NCBI GenBank assembly: GCA_963663545.1 | Contig: OY760505.1 | Location: forward strand, 1,600,001 to 1,664,000 | Direction of reading: 5' to 3' | Origin: Candidatus Delongbacteria bacterium | GTDB lineage: Bacteria; CAIWAD01 | DNA: 64,000 nt | Part shown: piece after piece, positions 19,027 to 28,430 of the stretch | How positions within the stretch are numbered: the stretch's first letter is position 1 | Layout of the letters: every line of letters starts with the position of its first letter | Position numbers and translations under genes: made by a program | Notes under the pieces: generated by a model | Databases searched by the model: none | Told to the model about the DNA's origin: nothing | The model's input: only the letters and a program-made list of their open reading frames with translations

Positions 19027-22000
19027 CTAGAATCGGTATCCAAGCTTCAGCAGCACCTGACGCCCCGGGCCGTAGTTGCGCGGATTGGCGTCGTAGGAAT
19101 TCTTCGCGGGATAGTACAAGGCGTAATCGTCGCTCATACCATGCGTGAACAAATAGGTCGTGCCCGTTGCACTGTACACGTCGCGAACGTTGTGCTTGTT
19201 GAAGATGTTACGAACCTCAAAGCCCACCGTGAAACGATGCCGCTCGGTGGCGCCGACCGTGAAATACTTCTCGAACTTCAGGTCGGTGGTTTCTGTCCAC
19301 TCCATCCGCTGAGAGTTGATATCCACTTCTGCGCTATTATCAACACCTTCGCTGTACTTGGAGGGCGTATAAGGCAGGCCGCTACCAAAGCTGTTGCTCA
19401 GATAAAGCATCCAATCATCGGGCAAATTGAAGCCAAAGAGCTCTGGATGCTCGCCCTTGTCATAATAGAGGGACCAACTTGCATTGATGCTGTGGGTCTG
19501 GTCCCAGGCAAGCGGGTGCTCTTCGCGGTTCTCCACCTGGCCGGCAATTCGACTTTCCGAAGCTTCCGTCGCCGAAGATGCCTTGCCATAGGCAAAGGAG
19601 AGCTCGTAGTTGAAGTTCAGAGAAGAGTGACGCGAGTAGCGCTCCAAAGAGAAGCTGACGCCGCGGCTGCGACCATAATCACCATTGGTGTACTTGTCGA
19701 TGAAGTACCCCGCCTGCACCTCTACGGATGTAGTAGTGATCTGGTCGAAGATGTCGCGGTAGTAGCCCTGAACATTGACCGTGGTGTTCATCTCGGGCAG
19801 TTCCGCCTCAACACCAAACTGGTACTCGACCGTTTTCTGATACTTCAGATTGGGATTTCCAACCAGGGTATCATTGGCTCGCGAACCGGTTGCCTGCGCG
19901 TAATAGTACTGATAGTTCGGTGCCTGATAGAAGTGACCGTAGTTGAAGTATAGCTTGGCGGTATCGGTAATGGGATGGCTGATACCAAGGCGGGGACTGA
20001 AGCGACTCTGGCGACGCTCAGCCGTGACCGCGCCGGGATCGCCAGCGTTGGCGCTTTCTTCCGTCTCACTGACATAGCTGTCCTCGTGCAACAGGATATC
20101 CCAGCGCAGACCGATGAGCACATTCAAGCCCTCGAACTCCATGCGATCACGGAGATACAGTGCACCTTCCCAAGGCTTACGATGGTAGAAGTTGCGATAG
20201 CTACCGCGATCGGGATAGGGTGCATCGTCTTCCAACTCAACAGTACCGTCATACAGCAGCTGGGGCTCTTCGATGCTGTTCATTTCCATGTCGCGGTACA
20301 TCAACTCAAAACCACCCAAGAGGTCATGGAAGCGGTTGGCCTGCACCTGATACTCGGTCTTCCACGAGTAGGTGATGGACTCACGCTCCTGCCAAAGCGC
20401 CTGAGCATCAAAGGCGTAAGGATTCAAGAACCAGTCGTAGTAGTCGGGCGTGTTGTACTGCGCGCCCCAAGCGGCAGAAACGGGGAAGTTACCCGAAGTG
20501 GCTCCATCCTGGACACCATTCTCGTTGTAATCCTCAAAGGGCTCCCACTCTTCCCAGGACTGGTTTGGAGGATCAAACATCTCGTCGCGGCCATCGCGGT
20601 TGGAGCGATCTCCCCATGTGGTAGCACTGCTGCCATCGGCACCCGCGCTAATGGCATACAGCGAGTTGCCTTCAGGCCAATCCGACCCATGCGCCTCAAG
20701 ACTGAAGACCTGAGCACCACTGCCACCGACACCATACAGCACCGGGAAGCTTACGTCAACAACCGTACCTCGGAAATGCTGGTTGTTCAGCACTTCTTCA
20801 GGGACTGTTGCCACGTTACGAACGCCTGCATTGCTGTAATAATCCGAATAGGGTGAGGTAATGAAGGAGGCGTAACTGGTAAAGAGTTCGTACTCATCGA
20901 AGATGAAGTTCGGACCATCGTACACACCATTCAGCGTCGGCGAAGGCGGTGTTCCGACAGCACCATTGTCCAGCCAGACCGAATAAGCACCGGAAGTAGA
21001 CGGCAGGTCGTAGAAAAGCTCGCCGGCATCCCAGACGCCATTGAAAACACCCGTGAAGGGGTCGGGCTGATCGACAAAGGGTTCGCCGGTATCCCAAAAG
21101 AAGTCGCCGTCCAGGAAGGGCTCACCAAGGTCCTCGTTGCTATCGCGGACATCCTGGAAATCGATGCGACCATCGCCGTCGATGTCGTCATAGCCCTCGG
21201 CCATATCCCAGGTGCCGTTGCCGTTAGCATCAACGAAGACTTCGTCTCCGTCGCAAACACCGTTGCCATTCTCATCGGTGAACTCTTCGCACCAACCGTC
21301 CCAGGTACCATTGCCGTTGGCATCCTGGAAACGCTCACCGTCCCAGACGCCGTTATGGTTGGTATCCTGCTCAGGCGTTTGCGGTTCAGCGTCATCCCAC
21401 CGACCGTTTCCATTGAGGTCGGTGTAAACTTCGCCCTGATCCCAGGCACCGTTGTTGTTTAGATCAACCAGCGGCTCTGCTGCGTCGTACACGCCGTTGC
21501 CATTCAGGTCAACCCACTCTTCGCCCGGATCCCAAACGCCGTTGCGATTCAGATCCTCGTAGCCCTCGGAATAGACCGGGTTGCCGTCTTCGTCGTAATA
21601 GAAGCCGTCGTAGGTACCGTTGTTGTTGGCATCTACATAACCATCGAAGTATCCGTTGCCATCGTAATCCTGATATCCCAGGAACGCGGACTTGGCATCT
21701 TCCTGCGAACGCTCGTTGGAGGGATACTCAAGCGTGAAGTCATCCGGACTGTAATCCGCAGGGGTAATCTGTGTATAAGTACGCGAACGATACAGAATTG
21801 TCTCAAGCGAGCTATTCTCACTTAGAGCAGAGCTGTAGGTCAGTGAGAAAGCACTGCGCTCGTTCTTGGCACGCGGACGATAATCCGCATTGTATAAATA
21901 CGGATAGCCGTAGTTACCGCTAACGGACTCGCCCTCCGGGTAGAGGTCCCATTTGCGGTAGAATTGCTCGCCGTACAGCTTGAGCTTGCTGCGCGTACCG

Positions 22001-23022
22001 ATAGGAACCGCAAGATTCAAACTGACCTGGTACTCGTTCTTCTGGCGCTCAGGCAGTTCAATGCCAATGTCCAGATAATCCGAGGAGCCACGATCCACAT
22101 CGTAAGGGATGTAGGTGTCGGTCAGGTAGCCGCGGCCGGAAAAGAAAAAGGTGACGCGCTCGTGTGCAGGCTTGTTGCCCTGGAAGGGGAGCGGACCACC
22201 AAAGGTCAGGCTGACACCGTCGGTGTTGAAAGAGTAGTCGTCCAACAAGTTGTCGGTCTGCCACTCGATCTTTCCGTGATAGGAGTCATTGTCGCCTTCC
22301 TTGGTGGACACCTTTACCACAGCCGCCTGCGCCTGTCCGTACTCGGGGCCGAAACCACCGGACAGCACATCGAGCTGCTCAATGTTGGCCACATCGAGGT
22401 TGACGAAAGTGGCAGCACCACCAACCAGCGGGTCATCCACAGAGACACCGTTGATCACGTATTTCGTCTCGTCGGAGCGACCACCACGAGCGTGAATCTT
22501 GCCCTCGGCGTCCACCTTGAAGCCAGGCATGCTGGCTACAATCTGGGTCGCATCGGAAGTCGCCATGCGCTCGATCTGCTTCGAGTCGACACCAATGCTG
22601 GCTGAAGCCGAGGATAGTACCACACCACCCGTCTTGGCGACAACCGTGACCTCCTCCAACTCAACGGAGTTGGGAGTTAAGGTAATCACTCCCAGATCCT
22701 GGGACTGGTCGCGGATCACCACGACATTCTCCACCATCAGCTCGTGATACCCAAGACAAGAAACCTTGAGGGTATAGTTGCCAATGGGGACCTGGGGAAT
22801 TAGAACATTACCATCCAGGTCACTGGCGGCGCCTCGCGCAGGCTGACTATCCAGCACAACGACATTGGCATTCATAACAGGTTCGCCCGTCGTGTCCTTC
22901 AGTACCACGCGAATTCGGCCTGTATCTGCGGCAAACGCAGACTGCAGGGAACTCAGCAGCAACAGAACGACGACCAATAGAACGGGCGGGACAGCTCGTA
23001 GCTGGGCTACTCCCTTCATCAC
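19027..23022 (-). CDS. TonB-dependent receptor with carboxypeptidase-regulatory-like N-domain and a large repeat insertion
   Basis: Signal peptide; TGEPVMNANV...GAASDLDG; plug HARGGRSDE..YVINGVSVDDP; FSPRLGISHPI; GNPNLK; C-terminal GPGRQVLLKLGYRF. Confidence 0.92.
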   Translation of the reverse strand: MMKGVAQLRAVPPVLLVVVLLLLSSLQSAFAADTGRIRVVLKDTTGEPVMNANVVVLDSQPARGAASDLDGNVLIPQVPIGNYTLKVSCLGYHELMVENVVVIRDQSQDLGVITLTPNSVELEEVTVVAKTGGVVLSSASASIGVDSKQIERMATSDATQIVASMPGFKVDAEGKIHARGGRSDETKYVINGVSVDDPLVGGAATFVNLDVANIEQLDVLSGGFGPEYGQAQAAVVKVSTKEGDNDSYHGKIEWQTDNLLDDYSFNTDGVSLTFGGPLPFQGNKPAHERVTFFFSGRGYLTDTYIPYDVDRGSSDYLDIGIELPERQKNEYQVSLNLAVPIGTRSKLKLYGEQFYRKWDLYPEGESVSGNYGYPYLYNADYRPRAKNERSAFSLTYSSALSENSSLETILYRSRTYTQITPADYSPDDFTLEYPSNERSQEDAKSAFLGYQDYDGNGYFDGYVDANNNGTYDGFYYDEDGNPVYSEGYEDLNRNGVWDPGEEWVDLNGNGVYDAAEPLVDLNNNGAWDQGEVYTDLNGNGRWDDAEPQTPEQDTNHNGVWDGERFQDANGNGTWDGWCEEFTDENGNGVCDGDEVFVDANGNGTWDMAEGYDDIDGDGRIDFQDVRDSNEDLGEPFLDGDFFWDTGEPFVDQPDPFTGVFNGVWDAGELFYDLPSTSGAYSVWLDNGAVGTPPSPTLNGVYDGPNFIFDEYELFTSYASFITSPYSDYYSNAGVRNVATVPEEVLNNQHFRGTVVDVSFPVLYGVGGSGAQVFSLEAHGSDWPEGNSLYAISAGADGSSATTWGDRSNRDGRDEMFDPPNQSWEEWEPFEDYNENGVQDGATSGNFPVSAAWGAQYNTPDYYDWFLNPYAFDAQALWQERESITYSWKTEYQVQANRFHDLLGGFELMYRDMEMNSIEEPQLLYDGTVELEDDAPYPDRGSYRNFYHRKPWEGALYLRDRMEFEGLNVLIGLRWDILLHEDSYVSETEESANAGDPGAVTAERRQSRFSPRLGISHPITDTAKLYFNYGHFYQAPNYQYYYAQATGSRANDTLVGNPNLKYQKTVEYQFGVEAELPEMNTTVNVQGYYRDIFDQITTTSVEVQAGYFIDKYTNGDYGRSRGVSFSLERYSRHSSLNFNYELSFAYGKASSATEASESRIAGQVENREEHPLAWDQTHSINASWSLYYDKGEHPELFGFNLPDDWMLYLSNSFGSGLPYTPSKYSEGVDNSAEVDINSQRMEWTETTDLKFEKYFTVGATERHRFTVGFEVRNIFNKHNVRDVYSATGTTYLFTHGMSDDYALYYPAKNSYDANPRNYGPGRQVLLKLGYRF
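20500..21680 (-). repeat. Intragenic ~15-aa repeats (F/Y-x-D-x-N-x-N-G-x-W-D-x-G-E) in the TBDR
   Basis: About 15 units read directly, e.g. YEDLNRNGVWDPGEE, WVDLNGNGVYDAAEP, LVDLNNNGAWDQGEV, YTDLNGNGRWDDAEP, FVDANGNGTWDMAEG. Boundaries approximate. Confidence 0.85.
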
Positions 23023-23274
23023 TCACTCCACGTGTTCGACTTTGGTGAGATGTGACTTGCAATCGTAAAAAAGTAGGTAATCAGGCAAGCTGAGTCAAGG
23101 ACAACCGGTCCGCCTGCAGCGGGATATAAATACAAGTTATCCAATAACTTCCAGCCACCTCCCGGCGTGCACCAATAGCGCCGTACAGAAGCAATACAGC
23201 AGCTATATGACTGATTTTTTGCAACATAACAGTAGATCTTTCAGCAGCCGAACCTGGTCCACCGCATTTCTTCG

Positions 23275-24315
23275 CTACTCCAAAGGAAGGCCATCTCGCT
23301 GTTGAGCCGCCTGCGCGCGGTACCACTGGAAGAGGCTGCGCACAATTCGGTCTTGGTCTTTTGGATCCAGGTCACGGAAAACCATGTGCAATCGCTTGAG
23401 GTTATTGTGCAAGGGTACAACGTGCAGCACTTCCGCCTGCATGTTGGCCAATAACAGGTCTTGCAAAGGTAGCGCGAACTGGATACGTTGTCCCCGACGG
23501 GCAAGGTGGCGGGTAACCAACGCAGCACCCGAGCCCGAGAGATTGATCAGTTTCCCTGGAACGCGCTGTAGTGGCGGCATGCTCTGAGCATAACTCTCAG
23601 CTACAACCATGAAATGCACATCGATATCCACATCAACACGCCAGTACTCACGCAATTGACGCGTGTGAAATCGGTCACCACCCGCATGCGCCAGCACCAG
23701 TTGCTCACCATGGGATAGAACTCGACACTGTGCGGTATACATGGCCTCAGGCCTCGGGAAATACACCGACAACTCATCGCCAGCCTGAATGCTGCTAAGG
23801 CTTCCGCTGTGGGGCTTGAGTCGCATGGAGCTAAGATCGTTGTGCACCATCAGGCAAGTCGCCACCTGGCCCGCAACGCCCTGGCGCGCCAAGTTGATTG
23901 TAACACCGGGAGGCAGATCCCGCGTGGACTGCGGCGCGTGTACAAGGTGTGGATTCGGGTATAAGGCCTTACGCACGCGCTCCAAGCGGGAAAACAGCGC
24001 ATCGTCGACGTTCTGGCTCCCTAATGTGTCGACGTAGTGGTTGAACAGGGCCACACTGGACAGCATGCGTGCTGGTCGTTCGCGATCAATCCTGTACGCT
24101 GTTTTAAGCGCCAAACGACAATCGTCCGCCGAAAGCCCTGTCGCGCGCAGCTCGCGTAAAAGCTCCCGACGAGCCCCTAATCGCTCGATGATTCGACGGA
24201 TGATGAAGTAGATGTAAGGCGCCAGAAGCAGTGTGATTAGTACGACGTAAACCATGTGCGGCCCGCCATCAAAGACGGAGCGGAAGTTGATGCGGATGTA
24301 GTCCAGTTTATCCAT
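23275..24315 (-). CDS. Membrane-anchored PilZ-domain (YcgR-like) c-di-GMP effector
   Basis: N-terminal TM helix; RxxxR (REYWR) and NxSxxG (NLSGSG) PilZ motifs. Confidence 0.8.
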   Translation of the reverse strand: MDKLDYIRINFRSVFDGGPHMVYVVLITLLLAPYIYFIIRRIIERLGARRELLRELRATGLSADDCRLALKTAYRIDRERPARMLSSVALFNHYVDTLGSQNVDDALFSRLERVRKALYPNPHLVHAPQSTRDLPPGVTINLARQGVAGQVATCLMVHNDLSSMRLKPHSGSLSSIQAGDELSVYFPRPEAMYTAQCRVLSHGEQLVLAHAGGDRFHTRQLREYWRVDVDIDVHFMVVAESYAQSMPPLQRVPGKLINLSGSGAALVTRHLARRGQRIQFALPLQDLLLANMQAEVLHVVPLHNNLKRLHMVFRDLDPKDQDRIVRSLFQWYRAQAAQQRDGLPLE

Positions 24316-24386
24316 TCAAGGCCACTCAGTTTTCTGCTCTATCGGCCATGTCATGACAAGCTTGACATCGTCCTCACCCAAAAGAA

Positions 24387-25316
24387 TTAAAGGCCGCCTT
24401 CCTGGCGACTGGTGTGCACCTCGATTTGGCTCTCGGAACGGGAGCGAAACACACGATCCTGCTCCCAGATCGTAACTTTCAAATCTGTCCAGGAGTTGGT
24501 GCTTAGGTTGAAATGGTCCCTGGTGTGATACATGATCTCACCCTGTCCTCTTCCCTCTACACGCACGCGGTCTCGCTGCAGGCTATCCGGCTCCCAGATC
24601 ACCTGGCGTATCACGGATAGTCGAGCCTTGTCCTCCTGCATTTCTTCCAGCGTCCACGTGCTGCGCTCGTCCCAGACCAGATTGTATTGTCCATACGTCT
24701 GGCAACGCGAAGTCAGCTCGCTGTAAAAGCTCTTGACCTGCATCACGCGCACGGAATCTGCCGCATCGCCAAGCAGTAACCTGAGACTGGTCAGCATATA
24801 CTCTTCGGCTTCAGCCGGAGCGAGCTCCCGATCGATGACGAGCAGACTGTCTTCACTCCGATGTATCACGGTTGCGGAGTCACTGGCCAGAGCTTTCTCT
24901 TCCAATTCAGCTGTTCGCCACGCACTCACAGTGCCCGTGACGCCAATCCACTGCAGACTGTCCCGTTCCGGTAGCCAACGCGCCTCGGCCACGAGTCCTT
25001 CCAGGTGGGTGTGTAGGCGCTCGTCGGGCTGCTCAAAGTGGTAGGAATTGATCCGCAACTCGACCGGCATCCACCCATCGGCCTCTACTTTACCCGTGCG
25101 AAACTCCTGACTGGAGATGACGCGCTGATAAGTCAGCTGTTGGTCGATCGGATTTCCTTGTGTCTCACGAATGTCATAGCCCGAAGCCGTGTAAACGTTT
25201 GCATCCACCTGATAGGTGGAATTGGGCAGCCAACGTCGATCAATCTTTACCGCTGAATCTCGCGAACACGAAATCAGCAGGAAAGGGATCAGCGCGACAA
25301 GGAAAAAACTTCGCAT
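24387..25316 (-). CDS. Hypothetical lipoprotein
   Basis: MRSFFLVALIPFLLISC lipobox from ATG 25316, abutting the upstream stop. Confidence 0.7.
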   Translation of the reverse strand: MRSFFLVALIPFLLISCSRDSAVKIDRRWLPNSTYQVDANVYTASGYDIRETQGNPIDQQLTYQRVISSQEFRTGKVEADGWMPVELRINSYHFEQPDERLHTHLEGLVAEARWLPERDSLQWIGVTGTVSAWRTAELEEKALASDSATVIHRSEDSLLVIDRELAPAEAEEYMLTSLRLLLGDAADSVRVMQVKSFYSELTSRCQTYGQYNLVWDERSTWTLEEMQEDKARLSVIRQVIWEPDSLQRDRVRVEGRGQGEIMYHTRDHFNLSTNSWTDLKVTIWEQDRVFRSRSESQIEVHTSRQEGGL

Positions 25317-25317
25317 G

Positions 25318-26499
25318 CTAGCTCCATCGAAAGCGAATGCTGTCCAAAATGTGTTGCCGAAGCTCCTGCCAGCGTCGCCGGAACTCATCGTTCTCTTCGA
25401 TACGGTTCAACAGGATGATGAGCAGAGAGGCTACCACAAACGCAATCACACCCGACGCAAGCACCATAATTGTCCGCTTGGGTTTGATTCGCTTCTCTGC
25501 AACGCGCGGCGGGTCCAGCACCTGGAGGACTTCGGTATCGTTGACCTCTTCAATCTTCGCCTGCTCGAGCTGGGGGAGCATGAAGAGTAGCTTCTGATTT
25601 TCAATCTCCAGTTCTCGCTGGTAGCGGAGATAGTCAATTGCCGTGGAGGGCAGCTCACTAATGGCAAGGAAAAGGTCACTGTCACCCGTCTCGTAGGATT
25701 CATGCAGCTTTGTGCTCAAGGTACCTAGCTCAGCCGTCAGACGTTTGATCTCCGGATGATCCTCTGCATAATCCATGCGCGCCATGCGCAACTCCAGCTC
25801 CTTCAGCTCGACTTGCGCTTTTAACTCACTGTATTCGGTGAGTATTACGCGCGCCTGCTCGGTAGGCTCCAGCACGCGCTGAGTCTTCTGGAATTGGACA
25901 AGGGCCGTTTCCAGACTATCCAAGGTCGTACGAATTTTCCTTACCTCACCCTCGACAAAACTGCGGGTTTCCTTTGCACGCCGCACCTTGTATTCAAGAT
26001 TCAAGGCCTCAAGTTCTGTCAGAACATACTCACAGATCCGGCAAGCGTATTCGGGGTCTTCATCTTGCACAATCAGCGAGATAAACCCGGTTTCGAAATC
26101 CAACTCGGCGTGGACGTTCTTGGCTATCTTGCGCAGGACTTCCTCAATCTTGCTGCTTTTCATGCGATAGTGCTGCCGAAGATCAAACTCCCGCAGTATT
26201 CGCTCCTTCATTACTCGACTTTGTATCACGGCAAGGAAGTATCCGCCATCGCCACCTGCGGAAAGCCCGACCATCCCACCCAGCATCTCGCCCATGGGAA
26301 GACCACCAATCAAACTTGCGATGTCACTGTTGCCGCCCTCAGGAGGAAGAATCAACGCGCTTGACATGAACGTCTTCGGCATCACCAAGCTGTAAATCGC
26401 CGTGCTGATCATGGTCAGCAACATGATGCCATAGAGAATACGCTTGCGTCCCAGGATCTGGAGCAGCAAATCGAGTATGGGGTGCTGGTTTGATTTCAT
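25318..26499 (-). CDS. Polysaccharide chain-length determinant / Wzz-GumC-like co-polymerase
   Basis: Two terminal TM helices, a central coiled coil, and QVLDPPRVAEKRIKPKR before TM2; no kinase domain. Confidence 0.85.
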   Translation of the reverse strand: MKSNQHPILDLLLQILGRKRILYGIMLLTMISTAIYSLVMPKTFMSSALILPPEGGNSDIASLIGGLPMGEMLGGMVGLSAGGDGGYFLAVIQSRVMKERILREFDLRQHYRMKSSKIEEVLRKIAKNVHAELDFETGFISLIVQDEDPEYACRICEYVLTELEALNLEYKVRRAKETRSFVEGEVRKIRTTLDSLETALVQFQKTQRVLEPTEQARVILTEYSELKAQVELKELELRMARMDYAEDHPEIKRLTAELGTLSTKLHESYETGDSDLFLAISELPSTAIDYLRYQRELEIENQKLLFMLPQLEQAKIEEVNDTEVLQVLDPPRVAEKRIKPKRTIMVLASGVIAFVVASLLIILLNRIEENDEFRRRWQELRQHILDSIRFRWS

Positions 26500-26595
26500 T
26501 GGAGCAAACACAATCCTAAGTGGCTGATTTTCAAGATTAAACGCAGCAAGGTATTAATCAGACCAAGTATTCGCAAGCAAGCCAACATCGGGATC

Positions 26596-28317
26596 TTAGA
26601 ATTCACCCTGGCGGCGCAGCTTGGCATACAAAGTGGCCACAGAAACTCCCAGCTGGCTTGCCGCACGGGACTTATCTCCGAAACAACGCTCCAGTGCACG
26701 CTGTATGACCTCGCGCTCTGTTTGCGCAAGGACAGTCTTCAAGGGCAAATCGAACCGCGCTTGGCTTTCCACCTTGGTCTCCTTCCCTCTCGCATGTAGA
26801 AAGCGGCGATGGAGCTCTGTAACCCTCGCCTCAAGCAGACTTTGTATACAACGTTCCAATTCGCGGAAATTACCAGGCCAGCGGTGCGACAGAAGTAAGT
26901 CTCGCGACGTCCACAAGAAGTGCTCATTGGGATCATGGCCTGCTTCCAGCAAACGATCAAGCACAACAAGTTCCAGGTCCTCGGGACGATCACGTAGCGG
27001 AGGAAGTTCAATTCGATGCCCGCTGACCCTGTAGATAAGATCCTGCCGGAAGCGCTCGCTAGCAAGGACGTCAGCCTCGCTGGTGGCTGCGATAACTCGC
27101 AGTCTCACATGACGCAGTCTCGTCTCGCCCACACGGTAGTATTCGCCGCTTTCCAGAACGCGCAACAGCTTGGCCTGAACACTTGACGGAAGCGCACCAA
27201 ACTCATCCAGCAGCAAGGTTCCGTCGTCTGCGCGCGCAATCAGTCCCTCTTTTTCTACCGCTCCTGTGAACCCGCCACGAGCGCATCCGAAGAGCTCGCT
27301 TTCAAAGAGTTGCTCGGGTAACGCTGCGCAGTTGACACTTACCAGTTCCCCCTTGCATGCACTGTGACGATGCAGATATCGAGCGGCTAACTCCTTCCCC
27401 GTGCCCGTTTCGCCTAGCAGTAGCACTGGAACCGCACTAGCTGCCGCACTACGTAGCTTCTGCAGAAGGCGTTGAAACGCTGCGCTGCGTCCAAGCATTT
27501 CGTCATGGCGGTAACAGTCCAGTAGCGCTCGACGACATGCGAGGCGCTCACGAAGGTAGGCTCTGAGGCTTCTGGAGATTTCTCGAAACAGACTTGGCAC
27601 CAGCTCAACTTGCTCACTATTTGTATCACATCGACGCATGTGCTCAACGGCATCATCCTTTCGTCCGATCTGTAGCAGAGCGACCAACTCACCCGTCTGT
27701 GCGAGCATGGTGAGATCCGGATAGGACTTCCATGCACGGCGGCAAGCCTCCAGCAAACGCAGCGCGGTTGAGAATCGTTTTCGCTCGATGTTCTCTGCCG
27801 CTTCCAAGAATGCAGGTAATTGACCACTGACGCGTCCCATCACAGCACTGTTAAGCAGCAGATCGCGCTGCTCACCAACTCGATCCGTACGACTACCATG
27901 CTGACGAAGGCCCCGGCAGCGTTCCGCCAAACGCCTGCCGATGCCTGCCACCTGCCCCTGCATTTCCGCGTGATACAACAGGCTTTGTGCAGCGTCAGCA
28001 TTGCCTCGCTTGAACGCAACGACCGCCTGCAACAATAACCAGCCGCCTTGGCGCTCGCGCTCCGGCACATTCCACAAGCCGGTGACAGCTTCAGAAATCC
28101 TGCATTTCAACAACAGGCGCGATAGCGGTAGCAGGCCCTCGGCATCTAGCGGCGTATGCGCTTCTTCAAGAGCCAGGTTGCAAACCAATGGAATCCAGTC
28201 AGCGTCCGGAACAAACCTGAACTCACCGCTCTCTGCCCGAATGTCTGCGCCCGTTGACGGTACAATCATGCTCACTTCGCCCTCCTGACCACAGCGAGCA
28301 AAGGCTCTCGAGACCAT
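26596..28317 (-). CDS. Sigma-54-interacting AAA+ transcriptional regulator with Fis HTH
   Basis: [52 protein letters not shown]-terminal HTH; unassigned helical N-terminus. Confidence 0.88.
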   Translation of the reverse strand: MVSRAFARCGQEGEVSMIVPSTGADIRAESGEFRFVPDADWIPLVCNLALEEAHTPLDAEGLLPLSRLLLKCRISEAVTGLWNVPERERQGGWLLLQAVVAFKRGNADAAQSLLYHAEMQGQVAGIGRRLAERCRGLRQHGSRTDRVGEQRDLLLNSAVMGRVSGQLPAFLEAAENIERKRFSTALRLLEACRRAWKSYPDLTMLAQTGELVALLQIGRKDDAVEHMRRCDTNSEQVELVPSLFREISRSLRAYLRERLACRRALLDCYRHDEMLGRSAAFQRLLQKLRSAAASAVPVLLLGETGTGKELAARYLHRHSACKGELVSVNCAALPEQLFESELFGCARGGFTGAVEKEGLIARADDGTLLLDEFGALPSSVQAKLLRVLESGEYYRVGETRLRHVRLRVIAATSEADVLASERFRQDLIYRVSGHRIELPPLRDRPEDLELVVLDRLLEAGHDPNEHFLWTSRDLLLSHRWPGNFRELERCIQSLLEARVTELHRRFLHARGKETKVESQARFDLPLKTVLAQTEREVIQRALERCFGDKSRAASQLGVSVATLYAKLRRQGEF

Positions 28318-28430
28318 ACCTGTTCCCGGGTTTTCCCCTCACAAACACGAGAAGCATACACGTGTCACGGCTACTTGACGAAAGCGATCTTGGAATTGCT
28401 TCCTCGCCTGTCTATCTTCGGTCCTGAACA

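Noticed and set aside
20500..21680. CRISPR array or DGR suggested by periodic DNA
   Set aside because: The periodicity is a degenerate in-frame protein repeat. No identical repeat-spacer units, cas genes or reverse transcriptase were seen in the window.
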